From Zootoca vivipara (taxonomy: Eukaryota): DNA of 64,000 nucleotides. The stretch is from the NCBI RefSeq assembly GCF_963506605.1, contig NC_083288.1:42284001-42348000 (forward strand), read 5' to 3'. Shown one piece after another: positions 50,244-63,420 of the stretch. Both the position numbers and the translations under genes were made by a program. Below the pieces are notes generated by a model that saw nothing but the letters and a program-made list of their open reading frames with translations, searched no databases and was not told the DNA's origin. The first letter of the stretch is position 1, and every line of letters starts with the position of its first letter.

Positions 50244-51204
50244 ATGATGTCAGCAAACCAGACAGTGGTGACCGAGTTTGTCCTGCTGGGCCTCTCTGAA
50301 ACATGGGAAGTCCAGCTCATCTTATGTGTTGTCTTCCTCCTCCTCTACATTGGTACTCTCTTCAGCAACATCCTCATATTCTCAGCAATTTTCAGGGATC
50401 AACGCCTTTCAGACTCCCCCATGTTCTTTCTGCTAGGTCAGCTGGCTTTCCAGGACCTCTGCCTGTCCTCCTTTGCCATCCCAAGATCCCTCTTTGATTA
50501 TTTTGCCAAATGCCATGTCATCTCCTTCAGTGGCTGCATGGCACAAATCTTCTTTGTCCATCTCTTTACAGGCAGCGAGATGCTCCTATTGGTGGCCATG
50601 GCCTATGACCTGCTATGTAGCCATCTGTCATCCTCTCCACTATGTTTCGCTCATGAGCCGGCATCATTGCATTGGGCTTGTGCTTGCCTCCTGGGCTGGT
50701 GGGCTCCTCCATGGCACTGTGCAACTGGCTTTCATCATTAATGTGCCTTTCTGTGGGCCCAATCGGGTGGACAGTTTCTTCTGTGACCTCCCCTTGGTCA
50801 TCAAGTTGGCTTGCGTTGACACCTACCCCCTGGAGGTCATGATGGTCACCAACAGTGGCATTTTATCACTGGTGTCTTTTCTTGGCCTGCTTATCTCATA
50901 CGGATTCATCCTCTACACAATCCGCTCCCGGGGTCCCTCTGAAGGGACCACCAAGGCTGCCTCCACATGCACCTCTCACCTCATTGTGGTCACCATGTAC
51001 TTTGGGCCCTGTTTGTTCATTTACCTGCGTCCATCTGCCCGGTTCATGATTGATAAAGTTCTCTGCGTCTTCTATACCTGTGTCACCCCCTTGCTGAACC
51101 CAGCTATCTATGCTTTGAAGAACAAGGAGATGAAGGCGGCCATTCGAAGCCTGTTGGCAAGGCTTTCTGGGCAGGTTTCCACTCAGGGCCGTCCCCACCA
51201 TTAG
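50244..51204 (+). pseudogene. Olfactory receptor pseudogene, OR4-like (class II), 1-bp insertion in the MAYDRY motif
   Basis: The ORF is split into 50175..50741 and 50473..51204. GCC TAT GAC C[T]GC TAT GTA has an extra T at about 50611. It carries the NQTVVTEFVLLGL, FCGPNRVDSFFCDLPLVIKLAC, STCTSHL and PLLNPAIY motifs. A splice acceptor (ttacag) lies 17 nt upstream of the ATG. Confidence 0.9.
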
Positions 51205-53679
51205 GGAGCCTGAGTCAGCCACATCCAGCAGCAGGTCATAAAAGGCAACAAATCATTCGTTATTTGATTTATTGTTCCCCTTACGTTTATACAAGGTGCA
51301 GAGAAAGTGGGTAGGGAGATTTTCTCCTTTCCTAATCCTAAAACCCGGGCTCATCCAGTGGAGCTGAGAAAGAACTGTTTATTTAGAGCAGTACACAGTT
51401 GAACAATGAAATTTCTTAGCACAAGGGATGGCACCATCTTCAACCTCTTTAGCAGATTAAACAAATTCATGGAGAATAAAGCTTACGGTGGCTAGTATCA
51501 GAAGCAGTAAGCCGCAGTGGCTTGGGCAACAAGAGTGATGTTGAGCTCATCCAGTATGGCTGTTCCCATGACTGCTAGGGAAGGGAAATTGAGAACTATC
51601 AAGGTCTCTTCCAACTGTACAATTCCCTCTGTATTTGTCCTGAATTTAGCTGAAGGCCCAATGAAACGGGGCCAAAATGGCATTGGATTCATATAGCACT
51701 GGATGGGCCCATGCTGGGCTGGGCCCCGAAGAGTCATCTAGAGTTGTCATGGGTGGGGTGGAGGGCGGGAATATTTCAAAGGACTGTTTCACCCTCCTAC
51801 TCTCGGTTGGGGGTGGGAAAAGGCAAAGCAGCATCTCCTCCTTTTTTTTAACAATGAAATAAAAAACATTTTAAAAAGATTAAACACGGATTGCTCTGCT
51901 GCAGATTGTTTTTTTTAGAATATGTGTGTGTTATGCTATAATAACATGTTCTCTTTATTCAAAAACAGTAGTGGAATTTTCTATCACAAGGGGCACAGTT
52001 CCCCGTACTTGCAATGAGCGGTTGGGTACAGAAGGGATAAGACAATCTTTTGGGCATCCATGTCCCAGGCTATACAGAGCTTTCGGTACCAACAGAAGGT
52101 CAAGCCATTTTGGTAGCTGAAGTGTAAAATTGCACAAATTCAAGGGCTGTGCACTTTCACACAAACACACACACACACTATATGGTCAGCTATAGTAACA
52201 AACCAAGATGTATTTGTGTTTTCTTCTCATGGCAGTTAGAATGTTAATTAATAGTGCAACCTTGGAATGACTCAAAATGGCTTACTGGGACAAGAAAGTA
52301 CGGGATGTAGCCTTGATGAAAAAACTAACTCAGTCACTACACGTGGCAATGAGCAGAAGAAAACAGACTCTTTTGCTGAAAACTAGTGGAGCTGTATAAC
52401 CTTCCTTAATAAAGAAAAAAAGCAGGCCAGCTAGTGCCTATGGCCTTTCAAAATATATGGCTGATTTAATAGACACATGCAAGGGTGCCAGCTTGAATAA
52501 AATATTGAGAGGCAGCTAAGTCCCACCCCACATAATTGACCACAAGACACGGTGTGCACACAAAATTTAAATGACAGTGTCCATCAACTGGGGGGCACCC
52601 CCCTCAAATCTTTTACTTTTGAAAGGAGCAAAGGGGCCTTGGCCTCTAGGAGTTACCAGTAGAGACTATCAACATGTGAATAGACTCCTGTCCAAGGAGA
52701 TCCACTTTAGCTTTCTTCCATGTTGCCAACACAAACTGTTAATTTATAGCTACCGGTATTGTTTGCTTACATTATGTGTTTGGTCAGTACTTAATTGAAA
52801 GCCCCTCTGGAGAGAGTGGGGGTGGAGGGAGGAGGAGGGCTGGGTGTGTGAAAAATAAAGATCAATAATACTTTTCATGGATCCACATGGGTTTTTTTTC
52901 GAAGCACTGACTGTTAATGAAGCAGCTTTCATCCACCCCACCCCCCTTCCACAGTGTACCTCTCTCATCTTGTCATAATATTCTCCACCTGTTGCTCAGG
53001 AGGAAAGATTTGCTCACCTTCAGATGACAAGAGCAGGGAACTGTGGTCCTCTAAATGTTGCTGGACCACAGTTCCCATCATGCCTGACCATTGGTCAAGC
53101 CAGCTAAGGCTGATGGGAATCGAAGCACAACAACATATGGTGAGCCACAGGTTCTGAAAACAAAGCCTTCACAACTGCTTGCCTTTCTAAATGGAACTGA
53201 AATCTGGAGCACGTCGAAGCAACATATTCACCTGGCCTCAGTATATTCCCAGGAGACTGCTCAGAAAGCATCAATGTCTCCTAGTGGCCATTCAGTCCCA
53301 TTTATTTTAGTAAGTAAATTTACTAAAATTTATTCCTCCACATATTGCTCATGTACATTATCTCAGTTGTCTTTGCAACATCCTCGTCAAAGAATCAGCA
53401 GTATTATACTGATTTGGGGTTCACAGATAAACCATGTGTGCACTTACGTTCCTAAATGGACACCTGGTAAATGGAATAACCCAAAATGTTCTTGCTAATC
53501 TTATTATCCACTTCATATCTTGTACACCCTTCCTTCCTTCTGATTGGTACAGTTGGATATCATTTGATTGATGGAGGTGGTGGACTCACACATTTAGAAA
53601 AAGGAGAGAAAATTATCCCCCAGTTTCTCCCCATCTTTTTTCATCCTTTGCAATGTACCCAGGAAACCAAATTAGAACT

Positions 53680-54010
53680 CAAGCTAGCACAGAATGCACC
53701 CTTGAGATCTGCTGTGTAACACTTACCTGATGAAGTATTACTTTTCTAATTAGCTCCAGAGAAGCAGATAAGGCAGCAGCAAATGCAGCCCCCATCAGAG
53801 GAAAATGAGCAATTAATTAGAATTACCAACACAAACACACACACAAACACACTATTTACACTCAATTTGCTTGTTCATCCTGCCTTTTAAGCAGAGATCT
53901 CACCCACACAGCAGAAGGAACTGGATCAAGCAGCTCCATGCTGATGCTGAGCTGAACAGAAGTTGCGGCAGAAAACCTCAATGGATATCTGCTGGGATTG
54001 GCAGGTGGGT
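53680..54010 (+). promoter_or_regulatory. Putative OR promoter and non-coding first exon (paralogs at about 44596-44858 and 60580-60953)
   Basis: The blocks CAGATAAGGCA..CAAATGCA and ATGAGCAATTAATT (homeodomain-type) and a GCAG|GTGRG donor are conserved upstream of all three ORs. Confidence 0.5.
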
Positions 54011-54564
54011 GAAGAAACAGTTGAGAGTTTATTAGATTTTTTTCAAAAAGGCAAGTGTGAAACTCTGGGAAGAGTGGAATACTGCAGCTCCTCCAAGAGC
54101 TCCTCAGCAGTTTCCATCTGCTGGTGTTCTCTTTTCCCCTCTCTTACTCCAGTGAGTCACATGCCTTTGGGTGGCTGGATTATAGATGGATACAGGGGTA
54201 GCATGGGGACTGGTCAGCATTATTAGGATGTAATTGTCCATTCAAAACTTCCAGTACCATAGATGGGATACCTCTGAATACCAGGGCAAAGCAGCAGGAG
54301 AGGACTACTGTATCCATCCTCTGTGAGTTTCTTGTAGGCATCTGATTGACCGCTGCCAGAAGACAGAATACTCAGCTAGATGGTCACAGCCTGTTCAAGA
54401 ATGGTTCAGTCGCAGCATGCAGTTGGAATACTGAGGTTAGGGAAGCGGTGTTCTTTGCTAAGGGAGATTGTAAGAAACTGGGAAATCAGAAGTATCATTC
54501 CAGATCAGGCCATGGCTTGTGTACACGTAGCAATTTATTCCATTTTCCTTGTGTTTTCCTTATC

Positions 54565-54918
54565 TTTTTTTTTGCTATATAATTTTTATTAATTTTTCAA
54601 CATACAATAATAATATCCATTACATTGTTTACCCTATTTAAACATTTGGGCTTTTTAAGGCCATGACTGTCTTCAAACCCTCCTTCTGATGTTCTAATAT
54701 TAATTGCTAATATTTATACTTCACAAATCAATCACTGCCTTAAATTATTACACTTAATCTTATCACTAAAATTCTATACTACAATGACTTTTCTTTTTTT
54801 TATCTTACAAAGCTTCTCGCAACCCTTCTCGCAATTGTCTTTCAGATAATCTGCAAATTTAGTCCAATCTTTAATGAACTTCTGGTCCCACTGTTCTCGA
54901 ATTCTTCCCGTCATTTTG
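54565..54918 (-). mobile_element. L1 LINE 3' end, 5'-truncated
   Basis: The minus strand encodes KMTGRIREQWDQKFIKDWTKFADYLKD (resembles a squamate L1 ORF2 C-terminus), with AATAAA and polyA. 16-bp TSD TTGTGTTTTCCTTATC. Confidence 0.8.
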
Positions 54919-56160
54919 TTGTGTTTTCCTTATCATTATTAAATTTTACATTACATTGGAGCTTTCACATGATGGAAAATACACTTTTCAAATGACAGAC
55001 GAATATAGCGTGGGTTCAGTCCTCAGTTCCATAGTTTGCAACTGATTTTTTTCTGGCAGCAAATAACATGGAAATTAGCACTAAAATTGTTCTATTGGCG
55101 ATGGAATAAGCTGCCATGAGAGTGCATCCTCGGACCATTTATCTGAGCAATCTGTCTTCTGATAGTGCCCCAAAAGATAGGAGTCACAAAACAGGACATG
55201 ATAATGTTTCTGGCATGTTAATACTTCTGTTGGATTTTTTTCTTCTGCCTCTGAACATGGTATCATGGGTAGAAGTTACTGAGAGATCTGTGTGTCTATG
55301 TGTGTGTCTATAATTTATTATTACTGGTTTTCATAATATGAAGAAGCAATCAATCTCACAGGCTACCCCAGAGCTATCTAGCTAGTTCTTTTCACTTTGC
55401 ACAACACACCATCATGGTTGTAAGTTACTACAGTGCTGTCTAATAGTGATCACAGCACCAACAGGACTGTGGCCAAACTAGGAACCCTGAGAAATACAAA
55501 TAATATTAATAATAATAATCTTTCAGAAAACACCAATGAAGTTCGTTCAAGGCAGATGAAAGTACTTCAGGAGTCAGCGATTGCCACCAAGTTGGATGGC
55601 TTTTAAAGGTAAACCTTTGAACAACACATTAAGAGCAGGTGCAGTTCAATTATGAAGATGGCCAAAGGGGTACATTCAGAGCATCTCAGGTCTGCAACTA
55701 GAATCCTGACATGCAGTCTCTGTCACACCCACCCTAGTGGTGGAGCTGCCACTAAGAGCTGTGTGAGAGCACTAGGCAGCTTTCTTCTCCACAGTCATCT
55801 GTGGATGGTAACGCCTCCTGAGAATCTCCCCCAATCTCTTCTATAGAAGCTCTGAAGAGCCCCAAAACGTTATACTCCAGACATTACCCAGGGTTACGTT
55901 GCATTTTTGAAAGTGGTCTACCGTACTTCTTAGGAAGGTGGATCGTTGGTGAATTGGGGGTGGGTGAATGTACAAAACATTGGGCAGAAGGTCAGTATAT
56001 TTTAGGGGAACTGAAAAGATGGGGAAGGGTAATAAATAAGTGGTAGAGCATGGCTTTACATTCAGAAGGTCCCAGATAGGTTTGTGTCTAAAGATCTGAA
56101 TAGCCCCTGCCAGACAGTGTAGACTAGACTGAGCTAAATGGACCAATGTTCTGACTCAAC

Positions 56161-56217
<57 letters not shown>
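56161..56217. repeat. (GT)n microsatellite
   Basis: Direct reading. Confidence 0.95.
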
Positions 56218-56218
<1 letters not shown>

Positions 56219-56578
56219 ACCACTTCCAAGTGGTTTTCTGCTTCTCCCATGCTTTTTAGGCATGTGTCTAAGTGGTTTTGCCTTTGCCCTGCCGCTATCC
56301 TCCAGAAAACCCACTCTTTAGCACCAAATTGCAACAAACAGCAATCCATAGAAAACCCTATTGCTATTTGTTGTGGTTCAGTGCTAAACTACGGGGTTTC
56401 CCAGGTAAAATGGCTGGGGAAATGGAAGTGTGTATGAGCACTCAGACCCCAGCTGAGAATAACAGCAGCTAACACACGAATACACCCTTTCCTGGTTTAA
56501 CTTAATGCTGTGATGGAAGTATCTCATTACTGTCTCCTTTCTCCCTTCCCAGTCTACACAGTGATATGCAAGAAGGGA

Positions 56579-57532
56579 ATGATGTGGGAAAACCAGACAA
56601 TGGTGACTGAGTTTGTTCTGCTGGGCCTTTATGAAAAATGGGAAGTCCAACTTTTCATATTTGTCCTTTTCCTTGTCCTTTATGTGGCTACTCTCTTCAG
56701 CAACATTCTTATTTCCTCAGCAATTTTCATGGATCACCGTCTTTCAGATTCACCCATGTTCTTTCTGCTGGGTCAACTGGCTTTACTGGACCTCTGCCTG
56801 TCCTCCTTTGCCATCCCAAAATCTCTCTTTGATTACATTGCTCAACACCAAGTCATCTCCTTCAATGGCTGCATGGCACAAATCTTCTTCATCCATTTCT
56901 TTGGAGGCAGTGAGATGCTTTTGCTGATAGTCATGGCCTATGATCGGTACGTAGCCATCTGCCATCCTCTCCGTTATGCCTCACTCATGAACCGACACCA
57001 TTGCATGGCACTTCTCCTTGCCTCATGGGCTGGTGGGTTCCTCCATGCCATTGTGCAACTGGCTTTCATCATTAATGTGCCTTTCTGTGGACCCAATCGG
57101 GTGGACAGCTTCTTCTGCGACCTCCCCTTGGTCATCAAGTTGGCTTGCGTTGACACCTACCCCCTGGAGGTCATGATGGTCACCAATAGTGGCATTATGT
57201 CACTGGTGTGCTTTATTGGCCTGCTTCTCTCATATGGATTCATTTTCTACACAATCCGATTCCGGTCCTCTTCTGAAAGAACCACCAAGGCTACCTCCAC
57301 ATGTACATCTCACCTCATTGTGGTCACTATGTACTTTGGGCCCATTATGTTCATTTACTTACGTCCATCTACCCAGTTCATGATTGATAAAGTGCTCTCT
57401 GTCTTCTATACCTCCATTACCCCCTTGCTGAACCCAGCTATCTATGCTTTGAAGAACAAGAAGATGAAGGCTGCCATTGGAAGTCTGCTCTCAAGGTTTT
57501 CTAGGCGGGTTTCCTCTCAGGGCCAGCCCTGA
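56579..57532 (+). CDS. Olfactory receptor, OR4-like (class II), intact single-exon CDS, 317 aa
   Basis: Runs MMWENQTMVTEFVLLGL...MAYDRYVAICHPLRY...KATSTCTSHL...PLLNPAIYALKN. The ATG at 56579 is preceded by an acceptor (tacacag ending 56561), so the longer 340-aa ORF start is intronic. Confidence 0.95.
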   Translation: MMWENQTMVTEFVLLGLYEKWEVQLFIFVLFLVLYVATLFSNILISSAIFMDHRLSDSPMFFLLGQLALLDLCLSSFAIPKSLFDYIAQHQVISFNGCMAQIFFIHFFGGSEMLLLIVMAYDRYVAICHPLRYASLMNRHHCMALLLASWAGGFLHAIVQLAFIINVPFCGPNRVDSFFCDLPLVIKLACVDTYPLEVMMVTNSGIMSLVCFIGLLLSYGFIFYTIRFRSSSERTTKATSTCTSHLIVVTMYFGPIMFIYLRPSTQFMIDKVLSVFYTSITPLLNPAIYALKNKKMKAAIGSLLSRFSRRVSSQGQP

Positions 57533-58399
57533 TGTTAGGTAGCATGAGGTGTTCCTCTCTGTGTCACAAAAGAGCAGCAAATTGTTAGTTATTTAATTTA
57601 CTGCATCTCTAGCATTTTGTACACAGTGTTCAGAAAGTGGGTGAGAGGTTCTTCTCCTCCTCATCCAGTTGAGCTGAAAAGGACATTCTTTTTTTAGACA
57701 ACAGAGAACCTGAACAGCACAATTTGCTAGCACAAGTGAGGACCATCAACTTGGAGGTCTTGTTTAGACATGTTCATGGAGGGTAATAATATCAATGGCT
57801 ACTACTCCTGATGGCTATACTAGTACCAGTATCAGAGGCCATATGCCCTAGAATACCAGTTACTTGGGGAACATGAGTGGGAGAATGCGGTTCAGCTCAT
57901 GTTGTGCTTGTAGGTTTCTCATGGACTGGCCACTGTAAAAACAGGATGATGGACTAGATGGCTAGTGATGCAGAAGGGAACAGTAGACATCTCTGTTAGG
58001 GCTCTGCCCTGGATTTGGCTGAAGGCTGAACCAAAATGGGCCAATCTGGGTTTAGGCTGTATCTGGATGAGATAGATTGCCCTGTGTTGGGTTGGACCAC
58101 CACAAGTCATCAGGAGTTGTCAGGGTTAAGGTTATAGGTGGGTAAGTTGCAGGGGTGTGTTCCCTGTGTAGAATGCCATGGTGAATCAGAACACTCAGCA
58201 TTCATTCCAGCTGGTTTCAGGATGTTCCTATGCAATCACCTTCCAGACAGTAAGCAGTATGTAACAGAATTAAACTTTCCTGTTCTCAGTTGAATGCTCT
58301 GCCACAGATAGCTTTTTAGAATATAAGTGTGATATGCTGTGATTTATTTTGTATCCACTGGGCTCTTCACTCTGCTGTTATATCAGATGATTCTCATGT

Positions 58400-58772
58400 T
58401 GTGTCCAGAGCACTGTATAGTCCTGTTGTGTTGGATGAGTTTTAGTAAGGCTGTGGATGTGGACAAGATGCTTGGATCAGTCAGGACGACCAATTGTATT
58501 CTGGATCCTTGCTCCTCATGGATGATAAAAACTAGCAGGGAGGGGATAGCTGGCTGAGCCAGGGAGGCAATGAATGTCTCCTTGTGAGAGAGGATGGTCC
58601 CTGCCTGCTTGGAGGAGGCAGTGGTAATACCACTCCTCAAGAAACCCTCATTGGATTCAGAAAATCTACTGGCCAGTTGCTAATCTCCCCTTCCTGGGCA
58701 AGATTCTTGACTGGGTGGTCATGGACCAGATCTAGGTGCTCTTGAAGGAAACTGATTGTCTAAATCCATTTT
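58400..58772 (+). mobile_element. Degenerate L2 RT-region fragment
   Basis: DVDKMLGSVRTTNCILDPCSSW..., VIPLLKKPSLD, PVANLPFLGKIL, with stops and frameshifts. Confidence 0.7.
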
Positions 58773-58989
58773 ACAAAAAAATGATATATCTTCAATAAAA
58801 ACTTTTACAACCATAATTTAAAACAAACAGAAGGTTTAAACCACAATAGACTAAAACAAATGGCAACTCATACTAACTTTCTATACATCTGTGTAGCTTT
58901 CTCTAAATAAAAATGTCTGCACAGACAAGAGACTCTTTGTATTTAGGTAGAATTTTCTATCTGAAGGGCCACAGGTTCCCCCTGGCTGC

Positions 58990-59548
58990 AAAATCTCTTC
59001 CGCCGGAGGAGGAGGAGGAGATGTTGTGGGCCCACGAGGCCTTCACGTGGGGGGGGGTGGCCATTCCCCCCCAGCCCATTGGTCGGTTCCCTGCTGTGGT
59101 GCGCCCTTGGTGCATCCAATTAGGAGGCTCCAGGGGGGCATGGCTCACTGATTTAAGCGAGTGCACGGCAGGGAATCGGCCTCGCTTCTCCTGGACCCCA
59201 GCTGCTCCTCCCCCAAAATGCGGAAGGGTACTCCCTTAAGAAGTCCGGGGGCATTGCCAAGTCCGAAGCCGTGGTAGGTGAGGGCCAGAGGGCATGCACC
59301 CTAGTGGTGGCCCCAGGATGAGTTCCTAGTTGATGTGCATCGCAGGACTCGTCCAACAGTGGTTAACCCTTCACAGACTGCCAGCAGAGCGGGCTGGAGT
59401 CGGATATAGTCGGTTAGATCCAATGCCTATGCCAATACCTCTCTACACCCGTAATCAATAAAGTTGTGGCCTTCTATGCCCATTAACCTTATGCAATGTG
59501 TCCTGTGTCTTTATTTCTCCCAGGGAGGCATTGGGGTATCGCCACACA
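58990..59548 (+). mobile_element. Probable LTR fragment (Gypsy-like)
   Basis: GC-rich block with TTTAAG, AATAAAGTTGTGGCC, a GT-rich downstream tract and a ...CACA end. The 5' end and TSD were not identified. Confidence 0.45.
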
Positions 59549-61549
59549 ACAACCAGTTGGTACAGAAGGAATAAGATTATCATTCAGACATCCAGGTCCC
59601 AGTCTGTACGGAGCTTTGGGTACCAGTGACTGTTCAAGTTATTTTGGTACCTGAGGCAGGAAATTCTAGGGCTGGCCACAATTCCACACACACACCCAAA
59701 CTGGGAAGATCCAGAAGAAAGCCAGCCAGGATACAGATCCAAATCAACGTATTGTGTGATGGGGTTAATATTGAATTAGTCTTAATTTAGAGTAGGAACA
59801 GATATAGGAACAAACCAAGGTGCTACTAACAAGGAATTAATTGTTTCAATACATATTGAAGCCCATATTGAAGGGAGGTTTCAACCTTGTGGACTTTTCT
59901 CTACTCTTAGAAGGATGGTTGGGGAAATCCAAATTTGACTTCTCCTTACTTAGACCTCTGTAAGTCCAATACAGGTCACTGGATTCTATTCTAATTTCTT
60001 GAGGTTTCCATAACTAAGGGTTATGCTCAATCATTTTGTTTTGTCCTTTTAAATGGCTCGTATTTCTTTAGATTTAGGAGTGTGAATGTATTAGGATACT
60101 AGGATTAAAAGAAACTTGTGACTGTACTGCATTGTGCTGATTAGATTGTAACAACTGAGATCTCTTTTTTCCAAGACCACGGTGTAATAAAAGTTTGCTT
60201 TTGAAATTCTCTGTGTTGTGAATTTCTTGGTTTGGAATTGTTTAGGCACACATTCAAGGCATCGTGTGTTTGACTCCCACAACATACCCACCTCTCACAC
60301 GTGTCTGTTCTGGGGTTCATGGCTGAATCATGTATGCACACATGTTCCTAAAGGCACATGTAATATTGGTGGTGGACTGCCTGAGCACTTGGGAAATAAT
60401 ATAGCCACAAATTACCTTGCTAATCTTGTCGTCCACTTAATAACACGTCCTTCCTTCTTTCCTGATTGGTACAGTTGGATATTATTCAATTCCTGGAGGT
60501 GGTGAGATCACACATTTGGAAAACTTGTGGGGGAATCAAACCCTTGTTTCTTACCGTCTTTTTTTGATCCCTTGCCATCTACCCAGGAAACCAAACTAGA
60601 AGTCAAACGAACACACAGTGCGCCCTTGTGGTCTGCTGTGTAGCATGTCCCTTAGTGACAAATAATTGCTTTTTTCTCTAGCTCCCCAAGAGCAGAAAGA
60701 GCAGATAAGGCACCAACGAATGCAGCCCCCTTTCAAAAAGAATGAGCAATTAATTACACACACACACTCCATTTACTCTTGACTTGCTGTTCAACCTTTG
60801 AAGCAGATAGATTATCACCAGAGATGTCTCATCACAGCACTAACAGGCAGCAGATGGAACCCGATCAATCAGCTCCAAACTGATGCTGATCCTGAGTAGA
60901 AGAAATTGCTGCTGAAAACCTCAAGAAATATCTGCTGGGATTTGCAGGTGGGTGAAAAAATAGTTGCGGGTGTACAGTATTAGATTTTTCCAAAAAGGCA
61001 GGTGCGAAACTCTGCGGAAGTTGACATATTGCAGACTCCTCCAAGGAGCTGTCCAGCAGTTTCTATCTGCTGATCTGCTCTCTCTCCCTCTCTATCTCCG
61101 GAGCTCCACATGCCTATTGGTGGCTAGATTGTTTATGGGCATAGGAGTAGCATAGAGACTGCTCATCATTGTTGGGATGCAATTCTCCATCCAGAGCACT
61201 GGAGGCTATAGATAGTACCTCCAGTATCGAAGGTGACATGCATCTCAATGCTGGAGAACAACAGTGGAAGATGCCTGTTGCTGCTTTCAAGTTCTATTTA
61301 TGGGTTTTTCATAGGCATCTGTTTGACCACTGTCAGAAGACAGAACACTCAGATTACCACAGCCTGATCTGGAATGGATTCGCCCCAGCATACTGTTGGA
61401 ATACTGAGGTTAGGGAAGTGGTGTTCCTTTCTAAGGGAGAATATGAGAACTCAGAACTACCTTTCCAGGTCAGACACTGGCAGGTATACACATGGCAGTT
61501 CATTCCATTTTCCCAGTGTTTCCCTGACTGTTAATTTTCACATTACATT

Positions 61550-61879
61550 TGTTGTTGTTTAGTCGTTTAGTCGTGTCCGACTCTTCGTGACTCCATGGAC
61601 CATAGCACACCAGGCACTCCTTTCTTCCACTGCCTCCCGCAGTTTGGTCAAACTCATGTTCGTAGCTTCGAGAACACTGTCCAACCATCTCGTCCTCTGT
61701 CGTCCCCTTTCTCCTTGTGCCCTCCATCTTTCCCAACATCAAGGTCTTTTCCAAGGATTCTTCTCTTCTCATGAGGTGGCCAAAGTATTGGAGCCTCAGC
61801 TTCACGATCTGTCCTTCCAGTGAGCACTCAGGGCTGATTTCCTTAAGAATGGATAGGTTTGATCTTCTTGCAGGCCATG
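61550..61879 (-). mobile_element. BovB (RTE) LINE 3' end
   Basis: Highly similar to 45861-46190, with a (CAA)n tail. Confidence 0.92.
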
Positions 61880-62506
61880 TACATTATACAATGTAAAAAA
61901 AAACCACACCCAGAACTATAGAAGGGTGTAGCAGATGTTTAGCCCTCGTTTCCATAATATTTGCAAAGGTTTTTTTTCTGGCAGCAAACAGCACAGAAAT
62001 TAGCACCAAAGTTTTGCTGCATTCAGCTATCGTTCTGGAGGTATCTTTTGTGTCCTGTGAAAGCTCAAATATAATGTGGAAATTAACAATTAGAGAAAAG
62101 TCACAGAAATGAAATAAACTGCCCTGGGAATGCAACTTATGACCAACTAGCTGAGTACTCTTTCAGCTGCTGGAAAATGCAGGAGGGGAGAGAGTGCTTT
62201 TCTGCGCAGGTCTGGTTTGTGGGTTTCCTAAAAGCATCTGTTTGGGCACTGTGAGAGTAGTACACTGGATTGGATGAGCCATTGGCCTGATCCATGAGGG
62301 TTCGCTGGTCTTCTTAAAGAGGGGGAACAAAATAGACACCTCAAAACAGCCCAGTGAGGACTGAATATGCCCAGTGGTCACAAGAGTTCTAACAGCCTTT
62401 TTCTGGGATTGTGTGGTGGCAGTGGGAAGGTGGAAAACTGGGAGGGGGGGAATAGAGGGGAGAGATGGGTAGCTGAGATACCAAGACACTCCACAGAGCA
62501 ACATTT

Positions 62507-62537
62507 TCTTCTCTTCTCTTCTCTTCTCTTCTCTTCT
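62507..62537. repeat. (TCTTC)n microsatellite
   Basis: Direct reading. Confidence 0.9.
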
Positions 62538-63242
62538 ATTAAGGTCTGCAAAAATTAAATCCATCAGAGTGTCACCAAGAATAGATAACTGTGGCAACTC
62601 TACTTTCACTTCCAACAACCCTTTATGTGCAGGGAACAAGGGGAGCAGGGTTCAAACAACGGTGAGAAGGAAAAAGATCTGGGTTCAAACTCACCAACCC
62701 ACATTTATCAAAATATACCTTATTAGAACGGGGCGGGGAACCAAGGTCAATGATAGATGTGAAAAAGGAGGAGGAAGCAAAAGTTAAACCTCAGTTGGGC
62801 ATGCAGTTTTAAGGCCAGTCTTTAAACAGTACAATAGGAGTGGATCCAGTTCAGTAATGAAGGTAGGGGAAGGGGTACAGTACTTCTTCTTTTTTACGCT
62901 AATAATCTTACAAGACATGGTCCGGAGTGCCTTCTCATTCTTTCCATGGGTAGGTTAATGTCCAGTCTCTCTTGGAATCTATAAGCAACCTGCACAATTT
63001 TTATACCAATCAATTCTCTATTCTAATATACAATTAGCTTAAAGTTATGCCCTGTTTGCCCCTGATCTTTTTTTGTTTATGAAGTGATGTTAACATTTTT
63101 AATTACCTGCTTTTATTCAAAACGTGAGGGAGTCTGTCAATATGGTGTCCATTTCTAAGCAATTTCTCACTTGCCCAATGCCTAAATCTGATGGTTTCTT
63201 TGACACAAAACTGATGGACTTGAGTGAACTGCACCTTGGATA

Positions 63243-63420
63243 CAGGTAGGTAGCCGTGTTGGTCTGAGTTGAAGCAAAATAAAAAAATTCCTTCAGTAGC
63301 ACCTTAAAGACCAACTAAGTTTTTATTTTCTGACGAAGTGTGCATGCACACAAAAGCTCATACCAAAATAAAAACTTAGTTGGTCTTTAAGGTGCTACTG
63401 AGTGAATTTTTTTATTTTGC
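63243..63420. mobile_element. Miniature Penelope insertion: inverted pLTR pair around a mutated hammerhead core
   Basis: Inverted arms of about 56 bp (63274..63329 / 63365..63420) homologous to 41733-41785. The loop reads CTGACGAAGTGTGCATGCACACAAAAGCTCATAC. Flanking direct repeat TGCACCTTGGATA. Confidence 0.85.
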
